From Deltaproteobacteria bacterium (GTDB lineage Bacteria; Desulfobacterota; DSM-4660; Desulfatiglandales; Desulfatiglandaceae), in the NCBI GenBank assembly GCA_019307815.1, contig JAFDIV010000003.1, positions 6,353-70,352 on the forward strand: a stretch of DNA of 64,000 bases. The letters run 5' to 3'. Made by a program: the position numbers and the translations under genes. Within the stretch, counting starts at the first letter, position 1; each line of letters starts with the position of its first letter. Shown piece after piece: positions 53,324 through 63,845 of the stretch. Below the pieces are notes generated by a model, which saw nothing but the letters and a program-made list of their open reading frames with translations, had not been told where the DNA came from and made no database searches.

Positions 53324-54445
53324 TTAGTCCAGCCGCTTTTTGAAGCGATTTACCGCACCTGAAAAGACCACAATTCCCAGGATGGTCATCGCCAGGAACT
53401 GAGGCCACAGAATTTCCATGCCTATGCCTTTGAGGAATATGCCTCGAATTATTACAAGGAGATAGCGTAAAGGGTTCAGGTACGTAAACCACTGGACCAC
53501 AGTGGGCATGTTGGCGATGGGAAATACAAAGCCGCTCAGCATAAAGAAGGGCATGGCGAAGAAAAAGGTCGTCATCACTGCCTGCTGCTTTGTGGATGAG
53601 ACAGTGGAAATGAAAAGGCCGATTCCTAAGGTGCTGAGCAAGAACAGACATGTGGCCAGAAAGAGCAACGGCACACTCCCCTTCATGGGCACATCAAACC
53701 ACAGTATGGCGAAGACGGTCACAAGAACCATTTGGGATTCCACCAGGATGATATAAGGGATGGTCTTGCCCATGATCAGCTCAGAAGGTTTGAGAGGTGT
53801 TACGATGAGCTGCTCCATGGTGCCGCTTTCCTTTTCACGTATTATGGCCATGGAGGTGAACAAAAGGGTCAGGAGCATTATGAGGAAGGCAACTATGCCC
53901 GGGACATAGAAATTGCGGCTGTCCAGGTTTGGGTTGTACCATGTCCTTATGCGGGCGTTCACACTACCGTATTCCATTGTCCGGGCATAGAGTTCGTGGA
54001 TGAAGCGTTTGTTAAACTGCTGCAGTACGTTCATGGTATAGGCGATACGAACAGCGGCCATATTGCTTGCGCTGCCGTCAACCAGTATTTGGATGGATGC
54101 AGTCTTACCTTTTCTCAGAGTGGCACTGAAATCAGGGGGGATTTTTACGGCCATGTCCACCTTGCGCCGCAGCAGCAGTTCTTCCATTTCTCCCGGATAC
54201 TCGCAAAAGCGGGTTATTCGAAATGTCCTGTTGCCGTTAAAGGCATCTATAATCTGCCTGCTTTCAGGTGTTCTGCATTGATCCAGCAACGCTACACGGA
54301 TGTCCCTTACATCAGTTGTTACCACATACCCGAATATGATTAACTGGATCAAAGGGGAGATCACTATAAGGGGCCTGGTCCTCTTATCTCTAAATAGCTG
54401 TATGAATTCCTTCCTGACCAGTTCCTTTACTCGAATCCAGTTCAC
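53324..54445 (-). CDS. ABC-2 type transporter permease (YbhR/YbhS-like)
   Basis: 373 aa, with one N-terminal TM helix, a large loop and a C-terminal 5-TM bundle. It is part of the hlyD-ATPase-ATPase-permease-permease operon. Confidence 0.8.
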   Translation of the reverse strand: MNWIRVKELVRKEFIQLFRDKRTRPLIVISPLIQLIIFGYVVTTDVRDIRVALLDQCRTPESRQIIDAFNGNRTFRITRFCEYPGEMEELLLRRKVDMAVKIPPDFSATLRKGKTASIQILVDGSASNMAAVRIAYTMNVLQQFNKRFIHELYARTMEYGSVNARIRTWYNPNLDSRNFYVPGIVAFLIMLLTLLFTSMAIIREKESGTMEQLIVTPLKPSELIMGKTIPYIILVESQMVLVTVFAILWFDVPMKGSVPLLFLATCLFLLSTLGIGLFISTVSSTKQQAVMTTFFFAMPFFMLSGFVFPIANMPTVVQWFTYLNPLRYLLVIIRGIFLKGIGMEILWPQFLAMTILGIVVFSGAVNRFKKRLD

Positions 54446-55579
54446 CTACAGCCCCTCCTTTTTAAGGAAAAATACGTTGAGCACGGAAAGGAAAGCGAAC
54501 ATAACCACAAGAACTGCGTAGTCACGCCACAGGTAATGAATTCCCAAATTGCGGAGATAAAGGCCGTTGAGGATATTGATGAAATAGGTAGCAGGAACCA
54601 CCTTGGTAATGAGTTGGAGAATCCTGGGCATATTGACTACAGGAAACACGAAGTCTGAGAGCAGTATGGAAGGAAGATAGGTGATGAGGATCGCCAGTTG
54701 ATTGGCCACCTGCTGGGATTTGGTCAGGCTGGAAATTAGGAGCCCTAGAGTCAGGGCCACGGCCAGATATATGGCAGAGGCCACAACAAATAGCCAGAAG
54801 CTGGATTTCATAACCACTCCGAAAAGGATCTGTCCCATGAAGACTGCTATGAATACATCCATCATGGCAATCAGGAAATAGGGGATGGCCTTTCCTACTA
54901 GGAATTCCTGGGCGCGGATGGGAAGGGACCGTATGGTTTCCATGGTGCCATTTTCGTACTCTCTGGCAATTACGAGGGATGTGAGTAAGGCTCCCACGAT
55001 CATGATAATAATGGCAATGATTCCAGGGACTATAAACAGGCGGCTTTCCAGATCCTCGTTGAACCAGACGCGGACTCTCGCGTCAATGGGGGTGTTAATT
55101 TCCTCCAGTCCTTGCCGATCCAGGAATTCAACAAGGCGGTGTGCATTGTAGTCTTCCACGAACGCTGTAACGTACCCCCTGGAAATACCCGCATAGTTGG
55201 GGTCGCTTCCGTCAAGTATGAGTTGAACCGGCGTCTCTCTGTCAGAGCCCATACTCCGAGTCCAGCCCGCTGGAATTACAATCCCAAGCTTGGCTTTTCC
55301 TCTGTCTATGTAATCACCCAGCGCTCTTGTATCCGGAAGCCATTGGACTACCTGGAAATAGGGAGAGGCGTCTAGCTTTTGAATAAAATCCCGGCTCAAG
55401 GGGGTGTTGTCATGATCAACAACCACGGTCTCCACGTTGTCCACATCAAGGCTCAGGGCATACCCGAACATGAGGATCAGGAGCAAGGGGATAAAAAAGG
55501 CCAGGTAGAGGCTTCGGAAGTCCCTGATCAGGTGGTAATATTCCTTTCTTGCGACGGCCTTGATGTTAGTCGTGTTCAT
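54446..55579 (-). CDS. ABC-2 type transporter permease (YbhS/YbhR-like)
   Basis: 377 aa, a paralog of the downstream permease with the same topology. Confidence 0.8.
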   Translation of the reverse strand: MNTTNIKAVARKEYYHLIRDFRSLYLAFFIPLLLILMFGYALSLDVDNVETVVVDHDNTPLSRDFIQKLDASPYFQVVQWLPDTRALGDYIDRGKAKLGIVIPAGWTRSMGSDRETPVQLILDGSDPNYAGISRGYVTAFVEDYNAHRLVEFLDRQGLEEINTPIDARVRVWFNEDLESRLFIVPGIIAIIIMIVGALLTSLVIAREYENGTMETIRSLPIRAQEFLVGKAIPYFLIAMMDVFIAVFMGQILFGVVMKSSFWLFVVASAIYLAVALTLGLLISSLTKSQQVANQLAILITYLPSILLSDFVFPVVNMPRILQLITKVVPATYFINILNGLYLRNLGIHYLWRDYAVLVVMFAFLSVLNVFFLKKEGL

Positions 55580-56337
55580 GTGCCTTCACGTTTTGTCAGC
55601 GCAATGAATGCGTCATTAAGGGTAGCCGAAGGCTTATCCGGAAAGAGCTCTGTGATGATCTTCCTTGGAGCTCCACTGGCTACGATGCGGCCTTCATTAA
55701 TCAGGACGAGCCTATCACAGTTCTCTGCCTCGTCCATGTAATGCGTAGTCACGAAGATGGTAACACCTTGATTTGCAATTTTCCGGATAAAGCTCCAAAA
55801 GCGCCTTCGGGTCAAGGGATCCACCCCAGAGGTGGGTTCATCCAGAAAAACGATCTTAGGTCTATGGAGCAGCGAGCAGCCCAAAGCCAGGCGCTGCCGC
55901 CACCCAGGAGGAAGGTCTCGGGTCAGGCGGTTTTTGACATGGCCTAGGCGAGTCATATCAAGGGCCCATTGGATCCTCTCATCCCATTGTTCCCTGGGAA
56001 CGGCATAAATGCCCAGGTAGAAACGGATGTTTTCAAAAGGCGTCATGTCTTCATAGAGGGAGAATTTTTGAGACATATAACCGATGTTCTGCTTGATTTC
56101 TTCTGGTTGGGTGAAGATATCCAGGCCGGCTACGGTTCCGTATCCGGAGGTGGGGGTAATGATGCCGCAAAGCATCCGAATGGTGGTGGATTTTCCCGCA
56201 CCGTTTGGTCCAAGGAACCCGAAAATTTCGCCGGTCTTGACGGAAAAAGATATCCTGTCCACCGCGGTGAACTTCCCGAATCTCTTCACCAAATGCCTCA
56301 CCACTACAGAATCACCATTTGAATCCGTCATGGCCAA
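55576..56337 (-). CDS. ABC transporter ATP-binding protein
   Basis: It has Walker A (GPNGAGKST), the signature region (LPPGWRQRLAL) and Walker B (IVFLDEPT). Confidence 0.9.
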   Translation of the reverse strand: MAMTDSNGDSVVVRHLVKRFGKFTAVDRISFSVKTGEIFGFLGPNGAGKSTTIRMLCGIITPTSGYGTVAGLDIFTQPEEIKQNIGYMSQKFSLYEDMTPFENIRFYLGIYAVPREQWDERIQWALDMTRLGHVKNRLTRDLPPGWRQRLALGCSLLHRPKIVFLDEPTSGVDPLTRRRFWSFIRKIANQGVTIFVTTHYMDEAENCDRLVLINEGRIVASGAPRKIITELFPDKPSATLNDAFIALTKREGT

Positions 56338-57115
56338 GGGCCTCGTCCGCTTCCTCTATTCTTTTGAGCATTGCCTCTTCCAGGGTGGAGTACCTGGAGC
56401 GAATCTCTTTTGGGGTTGCCTCTGCCAGGATTTTTGATCGATGCATGAGCAAGATACTGTCACATTTTTCTCCTTCATCCAGGTATGCCGTGGCAATGAG
56501 GATAGTCATGCCCCGGCGCTTCATTTCCAAAAGCATGTCCCAAAACTCTTGTCTTGAGACGGGATCCACACCGTTTGTGGGCTCATCCAGGATAAGCACG
56601 CTTGGCTCATGGACAAGGACGCAGGCAAGCCCCAGCTTCTGCTTCATCCCTCCGGATAGATCCGCCGCCCTGCGATCCAGGAAAGGAAGGAGATTGGTAA
56701 ACCCCAGGTAGGTCTCTACCCTCTCTTGTCTCTGGCTACGGGAAATGCCGTAGATGTCCATAAAAAAACGTAGATTTTCCATAACCGTTAGGTCGGGGTA
56801 GAGCCCAAATCGCTGGGGCATGTACCCGATCAGGTGTTTCACCTTGGCCCTGTGTTTGGCCACATCCAGGCCTTGGATCTTGATACTTCCCTTTGACGGC
56901 GTGATCATGGTTGCTATCATTCTCAGCAACGTGGTTTTGCCTGCTCCATCAGAGCCCACTAATCCCTTGATGGTTCCTGTGGGCACCTGGAACGAGGTTT
57001 CCGAGACTGCGAAGATCTGGCCATAGTGCTTGGATACTCCCTCCACTTGAACAGCTATGTCTCGTGAATGTGGGGAAGTACCCTCTTTATTCGATGTATC
57101 AATCAAACCATGCAT
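56312..57115 (-). CDS. ABC transporter ATP-binding protein
   Basis: It has Walker A (GSDGAGKTT), the signature (LSGGMKQKL) and Walker B (VLILDEPT). Confidence 0.9.
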   Translation of the reverse strand: MHGLIDTSNKEGTSPHSRDIAVQVEGVSKHYGQIFAVSETSFQVPTGTIKGLVGSDGAGKTTLLRMIATMITPSKGSIKIQGLDVAKHRAKVKHLIGYMPQRFGLYPDLTVMENLRFFMDIYGISRSQRQERVETYLGFTNLLPFLDRRAADLSGGMKQKLGLACVLVHEPSVLILDEPTNGVDPVSRQEFWDMLLEMKRRGMTILIATAYLDEGEKCDSILLMHRSKILAEATPKEIRSRYSTLEEAMLKRIEEADEALGHDGFKW

Positions 57116-58265
57116 CAGCAGGCATCCCTGGCTTGAGCTCGAGATGAGGATTGGGGATGGTGACTTTCACCAGGTATACAAGCTTTACCCGTTCTTTATG
57201 GGTTTGGATAATTTTGGGTGTGAATTCGGCCTCGGGAGAGATATATGATACATATCCTTCATAGGTCTTGTTGGGGAAGGTATCCGTTTTAACGCGCACC
57301 TTTTGCCCAGGTTTAATATGACCAAGCTCTGGCTCTCCCACAAAGACCTTTAAATCCACTGTGGACAAATCGGCTATAGACATGACCTCGCGGGCAGGGG
57401 AGACGACCTCACCAGGTTCCACATTCCGGCTGGTGATGATACCTTTGAAGGGGGCCTTTAATTGGGTGTATTCAAGGTAAAGTTCTGCCAGCCTTTCAGC
57501 GGCCCTTACCTCCTTTAGCATGGCCTTGGCTGCCTTCAATTCATTTTTGGTGATCTCTATCCTTTTGAGGTTGCCCCTGGCCTGTTTAAGTGCTGCCTTG
57601 GCTGCTGCCAACTTGGCCCGGGCCGCCACAATGGATTCGCGCCGGAAACCCTCTTCCAAAAGAGAAAGGGCCTCCTTGGCCTTTTGGTACTCCTTTAAGG
57701 CTGTTTTGTATCTGAGCACAGCGGCATCCCGCTGTTTTTCTGAGATGGTTTTTTGCCTATAAAGCCGCTCGGATCGGATTTTGTCCTTTCTTGCGTCCTC
57801 CATCCTGAGTTTGGCTGCTTCCACAACTCGCTTGGCCTCTTCCACTTGTTGGATTCGATACCCTGTTTCAAGCTCCTGTAGCTTTGCCCTTAAGACGGCC
57901 ACATTTGCCTTGGCTCGGGCTACCTCGTGGGGCAAGGTGGCCTTATAGAGCTCCAGGAGGGATTCGAGGCGCCGAACATTTTCTTCGGCCTGGGTGGTGG
58001 CAGCGCGGGCCTGCTCAAGCCGCGTCACAAATTCGTCCCTTTGAAGTTCTGCCAAGAGCTGCCCTTTTTCCACCTGCATTCCGTCGTCAACCAGTATCCG
58101 CTGCACCCGGCCGCTGACCTGAAATGCCAAGTTTGACTCAGTGGCTTCTATGGTTCCGGAATAGTAAAGACGAACGGTTTTTTGCCTCCACTGTCCGTAA
58201 TATACGAATGTGGCGATACCCAAAAATAGGACAATAAAAACGACCGCGATGAGGGATTTTTTCAA
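57099..58265 (-). CDS. HlyD-family membrane fusion / periplasmic adaptor protein (YbhG-like)
   Basis: 388 aa, with an N-terminal TM helix, a long coiled-coil middle (Ala/Lys/Glu-rich) and flanking beta-barrel segments. It is the first gene of the ABC-2 operon. Confidence 0.85.
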   Translation of the reverse strand: MKKSLIAVVFIVLFLGIATFVYYGQWRQKTVRLYYSGTIEATESNLAFQVSGRVQRILVDDGMQVEKGQLLAELQRDEFVTRLEQARAATTQAEENVRRLESLLELYKATLPHEVARAKANVAVLRAKLQELETGYRIQQVEEAKRVVEAAKLRMEDARKDKIRSERLYRQKTISEKQRDAAVLRYKTALKEYQKAKEALSLLEEGFRRESIVAARAKLAAAKAALKQARGNLKRIEITKNELKAAKAMLKEVRAAERLAELYLEYTQLKAPFKGIITSRNVEPGEVVSPAREVMSIADLSTVDLKVFVGEPELGHIKPGQKVRVKTDTFPNKTYEGYVSYISPEAEFTPKIIQTHKERVKLVYLVKVTIPNPHLELKPGMPADAWFD

Positions 58266-58533
58266 AGGTCGCCTCCCAAAGGCTATTGGTGCGATGCCTA
58301 TATAACACTCCAGGAGGCCTTTATCAAGTTAAGTCGCTCAGCATGACTCGGGTGTCTCCAAGATAATTTGAATCTAAGAATCTTAGCAGTATTCTCCCCT
58401 AACCATATTTTGCATTACGTTTTTGGTTATGATATTGAATACTAATTAAGAGTTTTTCAAAAGAGCTGCATTTTTTCCCTCAAGTATGCGGCCCGCCCTG
58501 GTAACCGGAGTCTGACTCCGTGTCAAAAGGCCT

Positions 58534-60894
58534 TTGGGAGGTGGACCAATGTCGGACAAACCCACCCATGAAGATCTCAAAAAGAGGATCAGCCAACTGG
58601 AACAAGAGGTGGAGGAGCTCACGAAGATTAGTGAGCGTTATAGGCGTCTGTTTGAAGATGCCTCGGTTCCCCTCTATCAGACCTCGTCGGACGGAGAGAT
58701 TCTTTATGTGAATTCTGCAGTGGTGCGATTGCTAGGGTTCCCGGACAAGGAGAGTTTGATGCATGTTAATGCTGGAGACCTAGAGGACCCAGAGGTCCGG
58801 AGAAAAATGCATGAGATGCTCAGAAGGGGAGAAATTGTTCAAGGATATGAGACCAGGGTTCGTAGATACGACGGGAGTTTCATCTGGGTCAGGGATACAA
58901 GCCGGGCTGTCTTTGATTCGGAAGGGAATATCTTGTACTTCAATGGGTCCCTGGAGGACATAAGCGAGCGCAAGAGGGCCGAGGAAGAGATTCAGAAACG
59001 CCAGAAGTACTTGGAGTCTGTGCTAGAGAGTGCCCCTGATGCCATTATAACCGTAGATTCGTCTCATCGGGTCATCGAATGGAATCCAGGGGCAGAGCGG
59101 ATTTTTGGGTACACAAAGGAAGAGGCGAGGGATAGGGATCTGGATGAACTCGTAGCCCGGTCGGATGTAATGGAGGAGGCAAAGGATTTTACTAAGCTGG
59201 TCCTGTGCGGCAAGGCCCTAAATCCAGTAGAGACAGTGCGGTACCGAAAAGACGGCACCCGGGTGGATGTAATCGCCTCAGGGGCCCCTATCATGATAGG
59301 TGGGCAATTGGAAGGGGTCGTTGCAGTCTACAAGGATATCACGGAGCGAAAAAGGGCGGAAAGGGCCTTGCAGGAAAGCGAAAAGCGGTATCGTTCCTTG
59401 TTTGAGAGGCTTCCGGTGGGCCTTTTTGTCACCACCCCTGACGGCCGCTTTTTGGATGCTAATCCGGCATTTGTCAAGATGGTGGGTTGTCCGGATCTGG
59501 AGACCCTATTAAACACGCCTGTGCTGTCATTCTATCACATTCCTGAGGAGAGGACCACGTGGAAGCGTATGATGGAGACCCAGGATGAAAAGGTCGCTAT
59601 TGAATTTCGGATGAGAAGACTGGACGGAAGCCCCATTTGGGTCCGAGAAAGCGCACGGGCAGTGAGAGACGAGACAGGCCAGGTGGTCTGTTATGAAGGT
59701 GTGATGGAGGATATCACTGAAATCAAACAAGCGGAACAAGAAAAAGAACAACTCCAACAGCGGCTTATACATGCCCAGAGAATGGAGGCAATCGGGACCT
59801 TGGCAGGCGGTATTGCCCATAACTTCAACAATTTGTTGATGGGGATCCAGGGCCACATCTCTTTGATGCGGCTGGATATGGAACCGGATCACCCATGCCA
59901 GGAAAACCTGAAAAGTATGGAGCAGTTAATCCGAAGCGGATCCAGGTTGACGAGCCAACTTCTGGGCTATGCAAGGAAAGGGCAGTTCGAAATCAGGCCA
60001 TTACACCTGAACGAGATCATAAAAGAGACGGCTGAGACCTTTGGCTCGACGCGGAGGGAAATTCGGATCCATCTGGATTTAGATAAGGATCTTAGTGGGG
60101 TCCAGGCGGACCAGGGCCAGATGGAGCAGATGCTGCTGAACCTTTTTGTGAACGCCGCAGAGGCCATGCCGGGTGGTGGAGAGCTTTTCCTGAAGACCCG
60201 GAACGTCACTGAGGCGGCGATGAAGGGAAGACCTTATAAACCGGCCCCCGGTAACTATGTCATGATAACGGTCACGGACACAGGTATTGGTATGGAGAAA
60301 GAGGTTATGGACCGCATATTTGAGCCCTTTTTTACTACAAAGGGATTCGCCAAAGGCACAGGCCTGGGGCTGGCCTCAGTGTACGGGATTGTAAAGGGCC
60401 ATAAAGGATATATTGATGTGTTTTCGGAAAAGGGGAAGGGCACCCGATTTGAGATCTTTATTCCCGCCTCAAAACAAGAGGGGGCTCTGCGTAGGGCAGA
60501 TGTAAAAATCGGCGACATCTCGAAAGGCCACGGGACCATCCTTTTGGTTGATGACGAGGAGTTCATTATTCAGGTGGGAGCAAAGATGCTAGAATCCCTC
60601 GGGTATCACGTGATGGTGGCCACAAGCGGGAAAGGGGCTCTGGCTATATATGAAAAAGAGAAAGATCAGGTGGATCTGGTTATCCTAGACTTGATTCTAC
60701 CAGAAATGGGAGGCGGACAGATCTATGACCGCCTCAAGGAGATCAATCCAAAGGTCAAAGTACTTCTGTCCAGCGGATACACTATCAATGGCGAGGCAAG
60801 CGATATCATGGCCCGAGGGTGCAATGGCTTCATCCAGAAGCCCTTTGATCTGAATGAGCTTTCCCAGAAGTTAAGTGCCATCTTGGAGTCATAA
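58534..60894 (+). CDS. Hybrid sensor histidine kinase / response regulator with multiple PAS domains
   Basis: 786 aa. It has three PAS-like repeats each followed by DITERKRAE-type linkers, an H-box (IAHNFNNLL), an HATPase region (DTGIGM, GTGLGLASVYGIV) and a C-terminal receiver (LLVDDEE, DLVILDLILPEMGG, SGY). Confidence 0.88.
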   Translation: MGGGPMSDKPTHEDLKKRISQLEQEVEELTKISERYRRLFEDASVPLYQTSSDGEILYVNSAVVRLLGFPDKESLMHVNAGDLEDPEVRRKMHEMLRRGEIVQGYETRVRRYDGSFIWVRDTSRAVFDSEGNILYFNGSLEDISERKRAEEEIQKRQKYLESVLESAPDAIITVDSSHRVIEWNPGAERIFGYTKEEARDRDLDELVARSDVMEEAKDFTKLVLCGKALNPVETVRYRKDGTRVDVIASGAPIMIGGQLEGVVAVYKDITERKRAERALQESEKRYRSLFERLPVGLFVTTPDGRFLDANPAFVKMVGCPDLETLLNTPVLSFYHIPEERTTWKRMMETQDEKVAIEFRMRRLDGSPIWVRESARAVRDETGQVVCYEGVMEDITEIKQAEQEKEQLQQRLIHAQRMEAIGTLAGGIAHNFNNLLMGIQGHISLMRLDMEPDHPCQENLKSMEQLIRSGSRLTSQLLGYARKGQFEIRPLHLNEIIKETAETFGSTRREIRIHLDLDKDLSGVQADQGQMEQMLLNLFVNAAEAMPGGGELFLKTRNVTEAAMKGRPYKPAPGNYVMITVTDTGIGMEKEVMDRIFEPFFTTKGFAKGTGLGLASVYGIVKGHKGYIDVFSEKGKGTRFEIFIPASKQEGALRRADVKIGDISKGHGTILLVDDEEFIIQVGAKMLESLGYHVMVATSGKGALAIYEKEKDQVDLVILDLILPEMGGGQIYDRLKEINPKVKVLLSSGYTINGEASDIMARGCNGFIQKPFDLNELSQKLSAILES

Positions 60895-60916
60895 AATGGC
60901 AGAGCATCAATAATGC

Positions 60917-61777
60917 CTACTCAAATCCTTCCTTTTCGGCCAGGATATCAAGGTGAAGAGTGGCGAGATATTCCAGGTCCATAGGGGTTTCCAGTTCAAA
61001 CTCCCTACGGTCCACAGTCTTTATATACCGTTTACATACCCTGCAAAAATATACCCGCAGGCCTTGCTCACCTTCACTGTGAAAATACCCGAGTGCTTGC
61101 TGATCCTCATTCTTGCAAAAGGGGCAATTTAGCCTTGGATATGTCCATTCTTCACCGCAGAGCTCACAATGCAGATGTCTTTTACCTTTTTTGTCCAGAT
61201 AGCCCATATTAGGCTCAGACCCACAGATCGGGCAGTACCCATAGTCCCAGGCCTGCTTGTCCAGATTCGAAGAGCAGGCAGATCGAATAGCATCCAAGGA
61301 TGGTTTGAGGGAGAGCTTGGCAAGGAAGTAGAGTCTTTCGGTCTGTAGCCCCACCTCTTTTGCTTTTTTATTGATTGCCGGATGGTCTTTGTTGAGGATA
61401 GCCGAAAACACAGATTTGGCCCAATCCTTGTCCTCATTTATCTTCTTTAGGCATGCCTGGAGGGCCTCGGTTTCTTGTGTCTTTTTGTCCTGGCAAAGGT
61501 GCTCCATAATTCGTGACAAGGCCCTTGTGGCCCCGCCAAAATCAACTGGCAGATTCTCCCGGGAGAAAAGGGGAAAACCTTCATCCTTTTTGAGTCGGCG
61601 AAGGCTTTCTTTTTCCCAAACCTCAGGGACTGTTACAGGAATATCTTCCATTAATTGGAGGAAGGTCTTGTAGGAGTGGAGGATATCTTTGGAGAAGGGC
61701 CTTTGGCGGACAATGTAGTTTATGGCATCTTGCAGATGTGGACTCATAAGGAAGGTTTCCTTTCTTATGCTGTTCAT
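60917..61777 (-). CDS. fdhE: Formate dehydrogenase accessory protein FdhE
   Basis: 286 aa with four CxxC pairs (CPICGS, CELCGE, CPFCKN, CRVCKRY) in the FdhE arrangement. It lies next to the fdh subunit genes. Confidence 0.8.
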   Translation of the reverse strand: MNSIRKETFLMSPHLQDAINYIVRQRPFSKDILHSYKTFLQLMEDIPVTVPEVWEKESLRRLKKDEGFPLFSRENLPVDFGGATRALSRIMEHLCQDKKTQETEALQACLKKINEDKDWAKSVFSAILNKDHPAINKKAKEVGLQTERLYFLAKLSLKPSLDAIRSACSSNLDKQAWDYGYCPICGSEPNMGYLDKKGKRHLHCELCGEEWTYPRLNCPFCKNEDQQALGYFHSEGEQGLRVYFCRVCKRYIKTVDRREFELETPMDLEYLATLHLDILAEKEGFE

Positions 61778-61806
61778 GTGGCAATCTTTTTGAGCAATTT
61801 CTTTAA

Positions 61807-62406
61807 CTAATTGTGCAGTTTTTGAAGCTGATTGATCAAAGCCTCAAGATGGGGCCTTGTATTGATATTATGTACATCAATATAGCGAATAACACCTTTC
61901 TTGTCGATCACGAAGATGGCCCTTTCGGCCATTCCATCTGAGCGTAATACCCCAAATAGGGAAGCGACTTTCCCATGGGGCCAGAAATCAGACAGCACTG
62001 GAAACCAGAGCCTTCCCATTTCCCTGGTCCAGGCATAGAGCGTTGGGATATTGTCCACGGTGATACCCAGAAGAACAGCATCGTACATATCAAAGAGATC
62101 CTTTGCAATGTTATACCCCGGCCACTGATCAGAGCATACGGGCGTCCATGCGGCTGGAACAAAGGAGATAACCACATTCTTCTTGTTCAAGTATTGATGA
62201 AGCGAGATCTTTTTGCCAGTTAGGGAAGGGAGGGTAAAATCAGGAGCCCTATGGCCCACCTTAACTTTGAGTTCGCTGTCCCGTGGTTTTAATAGGCCCG
62301 GGTTATACACTTTGTCCTTAAAGGCAAGAGAGTGGGTTTGAGCTGATGTGGGGGCACACATGGCTGCTATAAGAAACATAGTCAATATCACAACAGGCTT
62401 GCTCAT
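61807..62406 (-). CDS. Secreted peroxiredoxin (AhpC/TSA/redoxin family)
   Basis: 199 aa with an N-terminal signal-like segment. FVPAAWTPVCSDQ contains the peroxidatic Cys motif. Confidence 0.8.
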   Translation of the reverse strand: MSKPVVILTMFLIAAMCAPTSAQTHSLAFKDKVYNPGLLKPRDSELKVKVGHRAPDFTLPSLTGKKISLHQYLNKKNVVISFVPAAWTPVCSDQWPGYNIAKDLFDMYDAVLLGITVDNIPTLYAWTREMGRLWFPVLSDFWPHGKVASLFGVLRSDGMAERAIFVIDKKGVIRYIDVHNINTRPHLEALINQLQKLHN

Positions 62407-62418
62407 TATATGCCTCTA

Positions 62419-62991
62419 TCATTTCGTTGATTTGTTGGTTATGGTTTCAAGGAACTTATCAAGATCTTTGATCTTGCCCAGTTTGGAAAAGATAACCTTG
62501 GGCACTCCTGAAGAGGAGTTGGATACTACAATAAAGTAAGGGGTTCTGACCTCTCCTAGGCATTTGTGTACTGCGAAATTTTTATCAGGCAACAAAGGAA
62601 AGGGCACCTTAAATTTCTTCTTGAAGAAATTTACCTCAAAAGGTGTGTTCCCTGCGCCAATGCCCAAGATCTTAATCTTGTTTTTATATTGAGGAGAGCT
62701 TTCTATTTTCTTGTACAGATCATTCAAGCGGGGAGCTTCGCGTTGGCAATAGGGGCAATACATGCTAAATATCTCTATTATTACTACGGGGGCCTGGACC
62801 TGGGATATTGTAAAAGGCCCAGTGCTGCTCAGCCCAAGGTACTGCCTTTCGGCAGGTATAGTTGGGGCAGGAAGCTTGAAGGCAGCAAGGGGCCTGCCCA
62901 CCTCAGGAGCTGGCCTTGTTGCCCCGTAATTCATCGGAGCAAAGAGAAATATGGATATAACGGCAACTATGGTAATAATGCGGGGTTTCAT
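62419..62991 (-). CDS. Secreted thioredoxin-fold protein (TlpA/ResA-like)
   Basis: 190 aa with a signal-like N-terminus and a CxxC motif in FSMYCPYCQREAP. Confidence 0.7.
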   Translation of the reverse strand: MKPRIITIVAVISIFLFAPMNYGATRPAPEVGRPLAAFKLPAPTIPAERQYLGLSSTGPFTISQVQAPVVIIEIFSMYCPYCQREAPRLNDLYKKIESSPQYKNKIKILGIGAGNTPFEVNFFKKKFKVPFPLLPDKNFAVHKCLGEVRTPYFIVVSNSSSGVPKVIFSKLGKIKDLDKFLETITNKSTK

Positions 62992-63074
62992 GTTCAGCTC
63001 TCCTGATTCTTACAGGGGAAAAGTAAAGGGACACCCGATGGGTATCCCTTTACAGTCAAGAGATTAAGAAACCA

Positions 63075-63830
63075 TCAACTAACCAACTTATTGATGGCTT
63101 GCCACTCCCTGGCCAGTTCCTTTAAGGATCGGCCAATCTTCCTCATGGCCATCTTACGGTCCATGGCCTTGGGCATAGGTTCGGCCTTGGCAAAGGTATA
63201 GTATTTTTCTGGCTTGTCGGCCAGGAGATAAAATACTCTCAGGTCTTCAATACCAGTGAGAGTGGCGTTGGGGTACTTGGCCTTGGCCTCTTGAAACCTA
63301 GCCTTTGCCAACTCCACCATTTTGTCCCTGTCGCCGAAATTCATGGCCCCAGTAGGGCATGTCTTTACGCAGGCAGGCAGAAGCCCATTGTAGACCCTTT
63401 CAAAGCACATAGTACATTTGGCCAGATAGCCGGTCCCCTTTTGCGCCCTAGGGATATTGAACGGGCAGGCCTCTATAATATCCTTGGCGTTTGCCTTTTT
63501 GAGCTTGTCGGTATAAAGGACAGCCCCTGTTTGGCTGTCAATAATAATGCCTCCAGGGACCATTTCATCGGCAGTCTCTTTGCACGGTGGCTCAACGCAG
63601 TGTCTGCATTGATCAGGAAAGAAGTACCATACCGGTTTACCATCAGGACCCAGATGCTCCTGAAACCTAATCAGCTTATAGGTATAGAAGGAGAGATCCT
63701 GCGGATTCTGATAACTGCCAACATTTTTGGTCTTTGTTGCAGGTAACTGGTTCCACTGTTTACAAGCAATCTGGCAACCCCGGCATCCAATGCATAGTGT
63801 GGTATCGATGAAAAATGCTTTTCCGCTCAT
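63075..63830 (-). CDS. 4Fe-4S dicluster subunit (formate dehydrogenase beta / HybA-like)
   Basis: 251 aa with several ferredoxin-type cysteine motifs (CIGCRGCQIACKQWN, CRHCVEPPC, CTMC...CVKTCP). It lies directly downstream of a molybdopterin-subunit C-terminus. Confidence 0.8.
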   Translation of the reverse strand: MSGKAFFIDTTLCIGCRGCQIACKQWNQLPATKTKNVGSYQNPQDLSFYTYKLIRFQEHLGPDGKPVWYFFPDQCRHCVEPPCKETADEMVPGGIIIDSQTGAVLYTDKLKKANAKDIIEACPFNIPRAQKGTGYLAKCTMCFERVYNGLLPACVKTCPTGAMNFGDRDKMVELAKARFQEAKAKYPNATLTGIEDLRVFYLLADKPEKYYTFAKAEPMPKAMDRKMAMRKIGRSLKELAREWQAINKLVS

Positions 63831-63845
63831 TCGATCACCTCCTTT

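Noticed and set aside
55576-57115. Two separate ABC ATPase genes where E. coli YbhF has a single fused double-ATPase.
   Set aside because: Split and fused arrangements of this operon type both occur widely. This is an ordinary hlyD / 2xABC / 2xABC-2 exporter.
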